From: a virus
Lineage: Duplodnaviria; Heunggongvirae; Uroviricota; Caudoviricetes
Virus record (IMG/VR): IMGVR_UViG_3300031417_000403
Span: 187,133-251,132 of that record
Reading direction: 5' to 3' (one strand)
Length of the DNA: 64,000 nt
Position numbers and translations under genes: made by a program. Numbering within the stretch: the first letter of the stretch is position 1; each line of letters opens with the position of its first letter. The notes beneath the pieces are model-generated. The model was not told the origin of the DNA. It made no database searches and saw only the letters and a list, made by a program, of their open reading frames with translations. Of the stretch, positions 27,870-37,815 are shown piece after piece.

Positions 27870-28565
27870 ATGGCATTCGGTAATCTCCTCAGCGGACTGA
27901 AGAACTCGCTGTTCGAAAGCGACGGTTCGCAACCTGCAGCAGAAGCCCCGCAAGGGGCGCCGCAACAGCAGCAAGCCCCGGCGCAAACTCCACGACCGGC
28001 AACGACCGTCGGCAGTGGCATGTCGTTCTCGGCGCCGACCGCCGTCAACCAAGAAATGGTGGCGGCAATTCGCAAGCAAACGATGGGCCGCAACACTGCG
28101 CTCACGGCTCTGATGAACGCGGCAGATCAACTCGCCGACGTGATTCCCGATCCGACGATGCGACTGAAGGCGGCACAGAAAACTGCCGGCGCAGGTCGTG
28201 CAGCTAAGGAATTCGCTGACGCAGTGACGATTCACTTGGCCGACGTCGACGCTGCAGAGATGTCTTTCGGCCAAGCACTGGAAGGCAAGATCAAGTCGGA
28301 AGTCGGCGGACTGAAAGCACAAGCTGGTCAAGCTGAAGCTGCAGTGAACGCCGCCAACAACGAAATCCAAAGTCTGCAGCAACGCATCGCGACGCTGCAG
28401 CAACAGACGATCGAGCAGACGACCGCACTGCACAATTTCAATGCGCAAGCCGCGTCGAAAGAAGCAGAACTGCGTCAAGCTGAGGTAGAATTCAAAGCTG
28501 CCGCAGCACACGTCCGCAACGAACTGAACGGCCACAAAGCAACCATTCTCTCCACCCTCGGCTAA
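27870..28565 (+). CDS. coiled-coil protein (Q/A-rich), unknown
   Basis: 231 aa, heptad-rich C-terminal half. Confidence 0.5.
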   Translation: MAFGNLLSGLKNSLFESDGSQPAAEAPQGAPQQQQAPAQTPRPATTVGSGMSFSAPTAVNQEMVAAIRKQTMGRNTALTALMNAADQLADVIPDPTMRLKAAQKTAGAGRAAKEFADAVTIHLADVDAAEMSFGQALEGKIKSEVGGLKAQAGQAEAAVNAANNEIQSLQQRIATLQQQTIEQTTALHNFNAQAASKEAELRQAEVEFKAAAAHVRNELNGHKATILSTLG

Positions 28566-28577
28566 AAAGGAAAAGCC

Positions 28578-29609
28578 ATGTCGACTAACGAATTCAAACC
28601 AAAATCCTTCTGGGAACGTCCGGAAGGTACGACCGGTATGTTTGCCATCGGGCTCGGAGTGGTGGCAGCATACTTCTCGCTGGACTTCCTCACGCGGCTG
28701 TTCGGCAAGATCATCAACCTGCTGGGCCAAGGCATCGCGATCACGGTGCTCGGCGCGATCCTCTTCGGGCTCATCATGATCCTGACGAACAGCAAGTTCC
28801 AAACGCTGATCGCGTACGGGTTCAAGAGCGTGATGCGAAAGATCACCGGCGCCTTCGTCGAAATCGATCCGATCGGCATCATGAAGTCGTACATCGACGA
28901 TCTGAAGTCCAAACGCGGCATCATGGAAGAATCCATCGCGAAGCTGCGAGGACAAGTACAGGTCTGCAAGAAACAAGTCGAGCAGAACGACATCGAGTAC
29001 GAAAAGCAGATGTCCACGTTCAAGGTCGCGCATGAAAAAGGTCTGGGCTCTGCTGCAACCGTCGCATCGCGTCAAGCCGGCCGACTCGAGAAGTTGAACA
29101 AGGAATCGCTGAAGCCGCTGCTGTTGCAGATGGAAGTCCACCTCAAAGCGCTGATGAAATACTACGAAGTGACTGGCACCGTCATCGACGACCTGCACAA
29201 CGAAGTGAAGGCGCAAGAGATGCAGCGCAAGATGATTCAAGAATCGTACTCGGCCATGTCGACTGCGAAGAAGATTCTGATGGGCGGCACCGATCAACGC
29301 GAGCTGTTCGACCAAGCGATGGAATATGTCGTCAACGACTACGGCATGAAGATGGGCGAAATCGAGAACTTCATCGAGAACTCGAAAGGTTTCGTCGAAG
29401 GCCTGGACCTGCAAAACGGCGTGTACGAAGCCGATGCACTGAAGAAGCTGCAAGAGTGGGAAAACAAAGCTGACTCGATCCTGCTCGGCAACCACAAACA
29501 GCAGATGCTGGAACAGAGCACGTACGACTCGACTCTGTACAACGGCATCGGCCAACCGGCTGCTCAGCAGTTCGACTACAGCCAACTATTGAACAAAAAA
29601 GATCAATAA
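28578..29609 (+). CDS. membrane-anchored coiled-coil protein (possibly TelA/PspA-like)
   Basis: TM hairpin at N-terminus then long helical region; 343 aa. Confidence 0.45.
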   Translation: MSTNEFKPKSFWERPEGTTGMFAIGLGVVAAYFSLDFLTRLFGKIINLLGQGIAITVLGAILFGLIMILTNSKFQTLIAYGFKSVMRKITGAFVEIDPIGIMKSYIDDLKSKRGIMEESIAKLRGQVQVCKKQVEQNDIEYEKQMSTFKVAHEKGLGSAATVASRQAGRLEKLNKESLKPLLLQMEVHLKALMKYYEVTGTVIDDLHNEVKAQEMQRKMIQESYSAMSTAKKILMGGTDQRELFDQAMEYVVNDYGMKMGEIENFIENSKGFVEGLDLQNGVYEADALKKLQEWENKADSILLGNHKQQMLEQSTYDSTLYNGIGQPAAQQFDYSQLLNKKDQ

Positions 29610-29677
29610 TTTCTGTACCAATGATGAACTGTTCATCATTGGTGTCTCATGCTGTCTAACTTGAAAATGGAAATAAA

Positions 29678-30436
29678 ATGAAAACTCGTCTTATTACAGC
29701 TGTTAGCCTTGCAATTGTCTGCAGTGGCTGCGCTAATCTTCACACATACACTGCATCAAAACCAGCAGATGGAAATACAACGCTGGTATTCAAGCAAGGT
29801 GTCGGAACACTGGCATCATCAGAACCAGAAGGCGACATCGTGATTTATCCAACGTTTCGACTGTTGAATTCAGGTGCCATTCCAACGTTCAGCATTTACT
29901 ACATGAATAAGACTGACAAGCCGGTCGATTTTTCAAACGCCAACGTGAAAGTATTCTGGCGAGGTGCACAAGTTGGCCTCTACACGTTCGAAGAACGTAC
30001 TGCTGAAATCCGTAGCAATAAAATGAAAGCCCAAATTCTGATGGCCGTTGTCGGCGGTGTAGCAGCGGCATCTGCTGCGCACTCGGCATCGCACCAAACA
30101 ACAACGTACAACGCCTACGGTCGTAATGGTTGGATCGGCGGCGGCCAAATCAATACGTACAATCCTGCCGCTGGTATGCTGGCTGCTGGTACTGTTGGCG
30201 CAGCAACTGGTGTAAGCATCAATCAAATTGAACGGTACGCAGCAAACGACGAAGTTCGCGCACAAGCATTGCTGCAACAAAACACTGTATTGCCACAAGC
30301 CAATGTCGACGCGCAACTGATGGTAAAAAACTGCTGTGATGACAATGTGACCGCCAATGATGAAATGCGGTTTGAAGTCACTGTCGGCGGTAAAACAAAA
30401 ACGTTCGCTTTCAACCGCAATACAATCAAGCAATAA
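29678..30436 (+). CDS. lipoprotein (AT-richer gene)
   Basis: lipobox LAIVCSGC; 252 aa. Confidence 0.55.
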   Translation: MKTRLITAVSLAIVCSGCANLHTYTASKPADGNTTLVFKQGVGTLASSEPEGDIVIYPTFRLLNSGAIPTFSIYYMNKTDKPVDFSNANVKVFWRGAQVGLYTFEERTAEIRSNKMKAQILMAVVGGVAAASAAHSASHQTTTYNAYGRNGWIGGGQINTYNPAAGMLAAGTVGAATGVSINQIERYAANDEVRAQALLQQNTVLPQANVDAQLMVKNCCDDNVTANDEMRFEVTVGGKTKTFAFNRNTIKQ

Positions 30437-30464
30437 AAATCAACACGAAATTCGTCGATGGGTG

Positions 30465-30470
30465 TATAAT
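30465..30470 (+). promoter_or_regulatory. promoter extended -10 ggtgtataat
   Basis: TGn-TATAAT. Confidence 0.45.
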
Positions 30471-30547
30471 GCACTCATCGGCTCTTTTTAGTAACCGAAA
30501 ACCTAAAGTCTGACAGGGCTTAGTTTATTAACTTTGAAGGAAATTAA

Positions 30548-32200
30548 ATGAAACTCAAACCTTTGCCAAAAGCAATTCTGGTCGCAGTCGTTCTCGCTGG
30601 TGTCGGCTTCGGCGTTCACACCGCGATGAATAAAGGCTACTTCAAGTCGCGCGCTACGATCGAAGCATCCGTGCCGGACAAGATCGACCTCCCAACTGCA
30701 GCTGCAAACCAGACCGCGTCGACCGGCACCATCACCACTGCAGCAGTGAACTCGCACGAAACCATCCGCGTCAAGACCCTCGCATGGAACGCGACGGCCG
30801 GCATGCACTACGCCAACGGCGACGCCGACACGACCTCCGATTCGCTGATGGCGAAGCGTGGCCTGAAGGTCAACATCCGTCGCGAAGACGACTACAGCAA
30901 GATGATCGCCGATCTGGCATCGTTCGCCAAAGACAACTCGACCGGCGTGCACTTCGTCGTCATCATGGGCGACGGCTATCCGGCATTCGTCAAGGGCGCC
31001 AACGACGCACTGAAGCCGTTCGACCAATCCGTCGAAGTGGTGGGCGCACTGGGCTACAGCCGCGGCGAAGACAAGTGCATCATCGACAAGAATGCACGTC
31101 CGCAGGGTTCGCTGATTGCTGGCGTGCTCGGCGATGGCGACATCAACATCTGCATCAAGTATGCGGCCGACAACGGCATCAAGGTCAACTCCGATCCGAA
31201 GACCTACGATCCGGAAGCGATGAACTTCGTGGGCGTTTCGTCCTTCACCGACGGCGACGAGAAGTTCATCGCTGGCGCAAGCGACCGCGGCCATCCGATC
31301 AACGGTACCGCAACCTGGACCCCGGGCGATGTCAAAGTTGCAACGAAGCGCGGCAACATCAAGGTGCTGGCGTCGACGAAAGAATACGCATGGCAGATGC
31401 CGGCCGTCGTGATCGGCAATAAGAAGTGGATGGCTGCACACCCGAACGAGGTGAAGGCTTTCCTGGCGGCAGCATTCGAAGGCGGTGAAGCAGTTCGCAG
31501 CAGCGATCAAGCACTGCTGAAAGCCGGCGCGGTCGAAGCCAAGGTGTATGGCGAAGGCGATGCGAACTACTGGGCCAAGTACTTCAAGGGCACGACTGAA
31601 AACGGCGTATCGCTCGGCGGCTCGACCACGAACGGACTCGCAGACAATGCGTTCTTGTTCGGCCTGAAAGGCGCCGACAACCTGTACAAGAAAGTGTACA
31701 ACGTGTACGGCAACATCGCGGTCAAGTACTTCCCGGACAACCTGCCGAAGCTGATTCCGTACGATCAAGTTGTGAACACCTCGTATCTCGAGGGCCTGCT
31801 GCAGAACTCGAACGTGAGCGTCGAATCGGCTGCTACGCCGACGTACGGTGGCCAGAAGTCCGAGGTCGTCGGTAACAAGTCGTACAGCATCGAGTTCGAC
31901 ACCGGCAAGACGACCTTCAAGCCGGCATCGATCGCTGTGCTGAACGAGCTGCTGGACCAGATCGCTGTCTCGGGCCTGTCGGTGCAAATCAACGGTCACA
32001 CCGACAGCAAGGGTAATCCGGAAGCAAACCTGGCCCTGTCGAAGAAGCGTGCTGAAGCAGTGGCGAACTTCCTCCGCGCGAATGCGCCGAGCAACTTCCC
32101 GGCCGAGCGTATCTCGACCCGCGGCTTCGGCGACACGCAGCCGATCGGTTCGGATGCTCAGAACCGCCGCGTGGAAATTGTGTTGTACTCCACGAAGTAA
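30548..32200 (+). CDS. membrane-anchored periplasmic solute-binding-like domain fused to C-terminal OmpA-like peptidoglycan-binding domain
   Basis: N-terminus paralogous to the 36706 gene; C-terminus NGHTDSKGNPEANLALSKKRAEAV (OmpA_C motif); 550 aa. Confidence 0.6.
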   Translation: MKLKPLPKAILVAVVLAGVGFGVHTAMNKGYFKSRATIEASVPDKIDLPTAAANQTASTGTITTAAVNSHETIRVKTLAWNATAGMHYANGDADTTSDSLMAKRGLKVNIRREDDYSKMIADLASFAKDNSTGVHFVVIMGDGYPAFVKGANDALKPFDQSVEVVGALGYSRGEDKCIIDKNARPQGSLIAGVLGDGDINICIKYAADNGIKVNSDPKTYDPEAMNFVGVSSFTDGDEKFIAGASDRGHPINGTATWTPGDVKVATKRGNIKVLASTKEYAWQMPAVVIGNKKWMAAHPNEVKAFLAAAFEGGEAVRSSDQALLKAGAVEAKVYGEGDANYWAKYFKGTTENGVSLGGSTTNGLADNAFLFGLKGADNLYKKVYNVYGNIAVKYFPDNLPKLIPYDQVVNTSYLEGLLQNSNVSVESAATPTYGGQKSEVVGNKSYSIEFDTGKTTFKPASIAVLNELLDQIAVSGLSVQINGHTDSKGNPEANLALSKKRAEAVANFLRANAPSNFPAERISTRGFGDTQPIGSDAQNRRVEIVLYSTK

Positions 32201-32256
32201 GCTGATGTACAATAGGGAGACCTCCGGGTTTCCCTAATTTTCTTTCAGGACTCAAC

Positions 32257-32448
32257 ATGCTTATCATTCTCGGCTACATCGTTCTCGGCATCGTCATCTA
32301 CAACGTTCCGTCGATGATCGCTCTGCTTCGACTCCACAACAACGGCCATCGCATCGTCATGATGAACATGGTACTCGGTTGGACCATCGTCGGCTGGTTC
32401 ACTGCACTGTTCTGGTCGCTACAATCTCCGACGGCTGACTACAAATGA
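32257..32448 (+). CDS. imm: superinfection immunity (Imm-family) membrane protein
   Basis: NMVLGWTIVGWFTALFWSL matches Imm_superinfect family core; 63 aa, 2 TM. Confidence 0.55.
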   Translation: MLIILGYIVLGIVIYNVPSMIALLRLHNNGHRIVMMNMVLGWTIVGWFTALFWSLQSPTADYK

Positions 32449-32585
32449 ACCAAGCGTTCTACGAGCATGCGAAGAAAATCATAGAGAATCTGACTGTTGA
32501 AGAGCTCTATGAAGCACTCACAAAAGCCGGCATCGACGTGACGGTTCGACAATATCCAGAACCCGAGAAAAAGGACGAAGAATGA
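32445..32585 (+). CDS. small hypothetical protein (46 aa)
   Basis: ATGA overlap. Confidence 0.3.
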   Translation: MNQAFYEHAKKIIENLTVEELYEALTKAGIDVTVRQYPEPEKKDEE

Positions 32586-32824
32586 AAGCAAGTCTGATAG
32601 TATTAGCTTTGATCGCTGCAAGTCTTTCGGCCTGCATGCGTAAGGAAAGGCCGGAACCGCAGCCGACCAATGCTGCCAACGTGAAGATCGTAAGCGTAGA
32701 ACCGGGTAACTATAATGTTTACCAACACTGCATCAAGGGCGTCGCTTACCTCACGTATTCGAAAACCATCATCGTTCAAGTGACCGAAGATGGTAAACCT
32801 CAGACATGTGTGGTGTCGCCATGA
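32582..32824 (+). CDS. small lipoprotein (80 aa)
   Basis: lipobox LSAC. Confidence 0.5.
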   Translation: MKASLIVLALIAASLSACMRKERPEPQPTNAANVKIVSVEPGNYNVYQHCIKGVAYLTYSKTIIVQVTEDGKPQTCVVSP

Positions 32825-33027
32825 CCAAAACCAAACGTAAGACCAAGCAAGACAAGCTGGACCAAGAAGCTCGTACCAGAATCATTGCATCGCTAAATAA
32901 TTTCTTCTCCGACTTGAACGAAATCAGTAATGACACTGGTTACGACATTCCGGACTTGCACTACAACAGCTTGTCGGTTCTGCATCGTGAACTGTGCGAG
33001 CAGAGGGAGAAACATGATGCTGCATAA
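32821..33027 (+). CDS. hypothetical protein (68 aa)
   Basis: ATG overlapping upstream TGA. Confidence 0.4.
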   Translation: MTKTKRKTKQDKLDQEARTRIIASLNNFFSDLNEISNDTGYDIPDLHYNSLSVLHRELCEQREKHDAA

Positions 33028-33235
33028 ACTTTCCGACTGGTACGACAGCCTGCACGAGCCATACCGCTTCTTCACGTTCATCTACTTTGTGTTCGGTGCA
33101 TTCTTCCCGTTCGCAATGGCGATGTTCACGTTCGACGCCAAGATTATCTTCTGGCCGTACGTGTTCGCGACGTTGGGCATGCTGCATCTCGCGTTCTTCT
33201 ACTCATTTGCCATCTACCGGGCAACTCGAAAGTAA
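33014..33235 (+). CDS. small membrane protein (73 aa)
   Basis: two hydrophobic helices. Confidence 0.45.
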   Translation: MMLHKLSDWYDSLHEPYRFFTFIYFVFGAFFPFAMAMFTFDAKIIFWPYVFATLGMLHLAFFYSFAIYRATRK

Positions 33236-33237
33236 AA

Positions 33238-34026
33238 ATGTTCAACTCACTGTTTACACCTTTTTATGCTGGGCGCAAGTTCAGCATCAAGTTTCTTGCA
33301 GCCTTTCAACTCGTGGTTCTCGCGGTTGTATGGGTTCTGTTGCCGGCAAGCAGTGGTATTCCGTCGCCATCGGCAATCGCCTCCGCGTGGAACGACCTTG
33401 CACTGAAGCAAGGTCTTCTGCTGGAACTCTTTAAGTCCGTAGCCGTGATCTGGGAAGCGCTCATCCTGTCAGCGTTAATTTCCTTCGGCGCTGCCTACCT
33501 CACAACTGCGGACTTCTTTAAACCTGGAGCAACGTTCATCGCGTCGCTCCGATTCCTCGGCTTCGCCGGTCTGACGTTCCTCTTCACACTGTGGGTTGGC
33601 GGAAATGGTTCGCACCTGAAACTGGCCATGTTGACGTTCGGCATGACTGTGTTCTTGATGCGGTCGACCGTGGACGAAATCAAAGCGATTCCATTGGAGT
33701 CCATCGACTACGCTCGATCGCTGGGCATGAACGGATGGCACATCACATATGAAATCGGTGTGTTGGGTCGACTGCATGTGATGCTGGACCTGCTCCGCCA
33801 AAATGCGGCAATCGGCTGGACGCTGATCGTGATGGTTGAATCGTACGTCCGCAGCGATGGTGGTATCGGTGCTCTGCTGGCGGTGCAAGCAAAGTACTTC
33901 AACCTGCCGGCCGTGTTCGCGATTCAACTGACGATTCTCGCGTATGGTATCATTCAAGATATGTTGCTTGATCTGCTGCGCGCCACCGTCTGCCCTTACA
34001 CCAATCTAAACCGGAGTGATCGATAA
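33238..34026 (+). CDS. ABC transporter permease (binding-protein-dependent, SsuC/TauC/NrtB-like)
   Basis: 6 TM pattern with EAA-like loop ESIDYARSLGMNGWHITYEIGVLGRLHVML. Confidence 0.75.
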   Translation: MFNSLFTPFYAGRKFSIKFLAAFQLVVLAVVWVLLPASSGIPSPSAIASAWNDLALKQGLLLELFKSVAVIWEALILSALISFGAAYLTTADFFKPGATFIASLRFLGFAGLTFLFTLWVGGNGSHLKLAMLTFGMTVFLMRSTVDEIKAIPLESIDYARSLGMNGWHITYEIGVLGRLHVMLDLLRQNAAIGWTLIVMVESYVRSDGGIGALLAVQAKYFNLPAVFAIQLTILAYGIIQDMLLDLLRATVCPYTNLNRSDR

Positions 34027-34427
34027 TGGATCGCAAAATTGCACTGAAGTGGGCACGTGCCCTTGAAAGCGGCGAGTATGGCCAAACAACCGGCGCACTG
34101 CGTGAAGGCAACAAGTTCTGTTGTCTTGGTGTCCTCTGCAATCTGCATGCTCAAGCACATCCAGAAATTGCAAAGGACGAAACTGACCCAGAGAAATACA
34201 TGGGCAAAGAAGGCGAGCTGCCGGAACAAGTGATGCACTGGGCCGGCATGCGATCCGATAATGGAAAAATCGGTGATGGCGTGAGACTCAAAGTCCGCGA
34301 CAAGAAGAGCCACAGTCAAGACGAGATGACAGAATACATTCGCGATCTGATCGATCTGAATGACCATTACGAATTCGACTTCCCAAAGATCGCGAAAGTA
34401 ATTCGCGAACATTCCGACAAACTGTGA
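34026..34427 (+). CDS. hypothetical protein (133 aa)
   Basis: ORF track. Confidence 0.5.
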   Translation: MDRKIALKWARALESGEYGQTTGALREGNKFCCLGVLCNLHAQAHPEIAKDETDPEKYMGKEGELPEQVMHWAGMRSDNGKIGDGVRLKVRDKKSHSQDEMTEYIRDLIDLNDHYEFDFPKIAKVIREHSDKL

Positions 34428-34450
34428 TGTGCAAGAAATAGGTTACGAAG

Positions 34451-34456
34451 TATAAT
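34451..34456 (+). promoter_or_regulatory. promoter -10 TATAAT
   Basis: gtataatggcttcgtaacc. Confidence 0.45.
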
Positions 34457-34497
34457 GGCTTCGTAACCTAACTGCACAGGAGATTAAAGGCTAACCA

Positions 34498-34791
34498 ATG
34501 TCATTTCCAATTCGCCCACTGGGCCCAAAAGACGTCGTGAAGAGCGGCATTCCCGAATTTGTCATCGAAGCGGTCAACGAACTCATCAGTGAGAAGTACA
34601 ACGATAGTTCGTTCGTCATTCGTCAGAACGAAGTGAAGGATCGCATCATGTCGAAGACCACACAGGACTTCGACTGGGAATGGCTCAACTTCGAAAAAAT
34701 TTACCGCGACGCAGGGTGGTACGTCGAATACGACAAACCCGCTTACTGCGAAAGCTACGAAGCATTTTTCAAATTTACTCCGAAAAGATAA
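34498..34791 (+). CDS. hypothetical protein (97 aa)
   Basis: ATG after gtataatggcttcgtaacc...ggagattaaaggctaacc. Confidence 0.5.
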   Translation: MSFPIRPLGPKDVVKSGIPEFVIEAVNELISEKYNDSSFVIRQNEVKDRIMSKTTQDFDWEWLNFEKIYRDAGWYVEYDKPAYCESYEAFFKFTPKR

Positions 34792-34794
34792 AAC

Positions 34795-35649
34795 ATGAGT
34801 TCGAATACCGCTAAAAGCCCCAACGTCCTGCTGTATGGTATTGCAGGTCTCGTCATCATCGCCATCGCCACGTTCTTCCTCGTGTGGCTGTTGGCCATGC
34901 GAACCGAGACCGTGGAACCCGGCCACGAGCTGGTCATCATCGACAAGCCGTACTTCTTCGGCTCCAGCGGTGTACGCGATGAAACCCTGAAGCAAGGTCG
35001 TATTCTGCTGTTCCGAACGTCGGACGTCGAGCCGGTACGAATGACACCGCAATCATACAACGTCAAGTTCGACGACCTGTCGTCGGCAGACAACATCTTG
35101 CTGGACTTCGAATCCACGATCCAGTTCAAGATTACCGACGCGAAAGTGCTGGTGAGCAAGTTCGGATCGAAGGATTGGTTCGTCAACAACTTGCAACGCC
35201 AATACATGTCGATCGTGCGCGAGGCTGTCAAGAAGGAAACCATGACGGACATGATGTCCAATGCTGAAACGTCGACACGTGTTGACACCTACGTTACCGA
35301 TGCGCTGCAAAAGCTCGTGGCGGAAAGCAAGTTGCCAATCGCGATTCTCGGCGTTACGCTGGGTCGTGCGAAGCCGAACGACAACGTCTTGCTGCAGATG
35401 AACGAGACCGCTGCTCAACAGCAACGTAACAAGACGTTGATCGCCGCGACCGCTGCAGAAGAACAACGTGCGAAAGAGCAGACCGCAAAGGCCGCAGCTG
35501 ACAACGCGTACCGTAACGCGCTGGGCATGAACAGCGAGCAGTTCATCCAACTCGAAGCCATCAAGCGTTACTCCGAAGCCTGTGCCAAGTCGGAACGCTG
35601 CATCGTGACTCCGGGCATGGGCACCAACGTGCTGGTAACTGGAAAGTAA
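34795..35649 (+). CDS. SPFH/band-7 (stomatin/HflK-like) membrane protein
   Basis: N-terminal TM, SPFH core, Ala/Gln/Glu-rich coiled-coil tail. Confidence 0.65.
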   Translation: MSSNTAKSPNVLLYGIAGLVIIAIATFFLVWLLAMRTETVEPGHELVIIDKPYFFGSSGVRDETLKQGRILLFRTSDVEPVRMTPQSYNVKFDDLSSADNILLDFESTIQFKITDAKVLVSKFGSKDWFVNNLQRQYMSIVREAVKKETMTDMMSNAETSTRVDTYVTDALQKLVAESKLPIAILGVTLGRAKPNDNVLLQMNETAAQQQRNKTLIAATAAEEQRAKEQTAKAAADNAYRNALGMNSEQFIQLEAIKRYSEACAKSERCIVTPGMGTNVLVTGK

Positions 35650-35650
35650 A

Positions 35651-36448
35651 ATGGAATACAAACTCGAAGAACGCATGCTGACCATCACTGGTCTTGGCTT
35701 GTCGTACGGTAACAAAGTCATCTTGCGCGACATCAACCTCGTGATCGACAACGTGGTACGACCGGGGCTGAATCAAGGCCAGTGCGTCGCGCTGCTCGGA
35801 CCGTCCGGCTGTGGCAAGACGCAGCTGTTCCGATGCATCGCCGGTCTGCAACGACCGACGCTCGGCACGATCGAGTTTGGCGAAATCGAAGAAGGAAAAA
35901 TCGGCAAAGCGCCGGAGCCCGGAAGTGTTGGTGTTGTGCAGCAAGCATATCCGCTGTTGCAACACCGCACCATCATGGGCAACCTAACGCTCGTCTGCAA
36001 AGACAAGAAGAGGGTTGTCGAGATGCTGACTCGTTTCGGCCTGCAAGATCATGGCGACAAGTATCCAGTGCAGTTGTCTGGTGGTCAACGTCAACGCGTT
36101 GCCATCATTCAACAGATGCTGATTTCCGACCGTCACTTCTTGTTGATGGACGAACCGTTCTCCGGTCTCGACATCATCGCAAAAGACAAGGTGTGCGATC
36201 TGATCAACGAAGTGAATCTCGTTGATGAACTGAACACGACCATCTTCACTACACACGATCTAGAATCCGCGATTCAAATCGCCGACACGATCTGGGTGAT
36301 GGGTCGTGAAGAAGGAAAACCCGGCGCGACGATCGTCAAGATATACGATCTGAAAGCCATGGGCCTTGCGTGGCAGCCCAACGTGACGAAGCATCCAATG
36401 TTCGTGCCACTGCTGAACGAGCTGCACGATTTGTTTCATACTCTGTAA
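35651..36448 (+). CDS. ABC transporter ATP-binding protein
   Basis: Walker A GPSGCGKT, signature LSGGQRQRVAI, Walker B LLMDEPFSGLD. Confidence 0.85.
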   Translation: MEYKLEERMLTITGLGLSYGNKVILRDINLVIDNVVRPGLNQGQCVALLGPSGCGKTQLFRCIAGLQRPTLGTIEFGEIEEGKIGKAPEPGSVGVVQQAYPLLQHRTIMGNLTLVCKDKKRVVEMLTRFGLQDHGDKYPVQLSGGQRQRVAIIQQMLISDRHFLLMDEPFSGLDIIAKDKVCDLINEVNLVDELNTTIFTTHDLESAIQIADTIWVMGREEGKPGATIVKIYDLKAMGLAWQPNVTKHPMFVPLLNELHDLFHTL

Positions 36449-36478
36449 TCTGCTGTGTACAAATCCGGTACCACAGGC

Positions 36479-36484
36479 TATAAT
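36479..36484 (+). promoter_or_regulatory. promoter -10 TATAAT
   Basis: ggctataatagcttcacataaccaaacggagtttgaATG. Confidence 0.5.
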
Positions 36485-36511
36485 AGCTTCACATAACCAA
36501 ACGGAGTTTGA

Positions 36512-36694
36512 ATGAACACGAAAAGTCAGAACATCGAAAATCAGATCGATGACGCGCTCGAAGCAGGCGATGCCAATAAGCTGGACTTGGCGTTGCGTGC
36601 ACAGTATCACTTCCAGTGCCGCGGCATGTCGGTAAGTACCGAAGGCCACGAGTACGATTTGGTCAAGACCATTGACCCGAACTTCTACGGATAA
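36512..36694 (+). CDS. small hypothetical protein (60 aa)
   Basis: ATG after ggctataatagcttcacataaccaaacggagtttga. Confidence 0.4.
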   Translation: MNTKSQNIENQIDDALEAGDANKLDLALRAQYHFQCRGMSVSTEGHEYDLVKTIDPNFYG

Positions 36695-36705
36695 GGACCA
36701 ACATC

Positions 36706-37815
36706 ATGGCAAAGCTCAAAGCTCTCCCAAAAGCACTGATCGTCGCAGCAATCGTCGGCGCCGCCGGTTTCGGCGCGTACAAGTTCATGCCGAAGCATGA
36801 CAAGACCGAAGTGGCCGAAACGAAAGACGCCGAAGTCGCGGCAGCACCGGAAGTTCAACGTGGCGATCCCGTCGCACCGCGTGAAGAACTGCCGACGCGT
36901 GAACCCGCAAGCGTGAACGCGGTACCATCCGAATCCTCGCTCGAAGTCGCAAACGGCCAGAAACTTCCTGGCGCCGGCATCGCGTCCGGCCAGAAGACCG
37001 GCACCAACTATCCGATGGTCGAAGACATCATCAAGGTCTGCTCGACGCCGGATTACCCGCTGCGCAACGTCATCACCAACGGTTCCGTCGACAACATCAA
37101 CAAGATTTACACCGACAAGAACTCGCAGTTCGGCATCATTCAAGAAGATGCGCTGGACTACCAACGCAAGATCGATCCGAAGATGATGTCGCGCGTCGTC
37201 GCAGTCTTCCCGTTCTTCTCGGTCGAAGTCCACGCCATCGCCAAGAACGGCGCACCGATCAACTCGCTGGCTGACATGGCCGGCAAGCGCGTAGTGGAAG
37301 GTCCGGAAGGTTCCGGCACGTGGGTTACCGTGCAGCTCATCAAGCAGATGACCGGCATCAAGTGGAACACTGTGTCCGGCAACCTGTCGCAGAAAGACGG
37401 TCTCGCTGCAGTGCAACGTGGCGACGCCGACGTCGAGTTCATCGTGGCCGGTCAACCGATCACGGTGCTGACGACCGCCAAAGGCATCAAGCTGGTGCCG
37501 CTGAGCAATCCGACGCTCGACAAGTACGGGTACTACACGAAGACGTCGCTGGCATCGCACACGTACGGCTTCCAAGGCGACGCTGTGCCGACGTACAAGG
37601 TCAACAACGTGCTGGCCACGTTCGCGTACAAGAACCAGTACCAGAAGGAAATCGGTACGCTCGTCAGCTGCATCACGAAAAACGTGGACAACCTGCAAGC
37701 TGATGGTCATCCGAAATGGCGTGACGTCGATCCGCTCGACATCGAACGGGTGAACTGGCCTGTGCATCCGGCCGCACTGGCCGCAATCAAACGTGAAGCG
37801 AAAGGTCGTAAATAA
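36706..37815 (+). CDS. membrane-anchored periplasmic solute-binding protein (TAXI/NMT1-like fold)
   Basis: N-terminal anchor paralogous to the 30548 gene; GQKTGTNYPM resembles TAXI GxTGG-YYP motif. Confidence 0.6.
   Translation: MAKLKALPKALIVAAIVGAAGFGAYKFMPKHDKTEVAETKDAEVAAAPEVQRGDPVAPREELPTREPASVNAVPSESSLEVANGQKLPGAGIASGQKTGTNYPMVEDIIKVCSTPDYPLRNVITNGSVDNINKIYTDKNSQFGIIQEDALDYQRKIDPKMMSRVVAVFPFFSVEVHAIAKNGAPINSLADMAGKRVVEGPEGSGTWVTVQLIKQMTGIKWNTVSGNLSQKDGLAAVQRGDADVEFIVAGQPITVLTTAKGIKLVPLSNPTLDKYGYYTKTSLASHTYGFQGDAVPTYKVNNVLATFAYKNQYQKEIGTLVSCITKNVDNLQADGHPKWRDVDPLDIERVNWPVHPAALAAIKREAKGRK

Noticed and set aside
28578-29609. Assignment as TelA tellurite-resistance protein
   Set aside because: Only general helical/coiled-coil character was visible, with no diagnostic motif, so it is left as a membrane-anchored coiled-coil protein.
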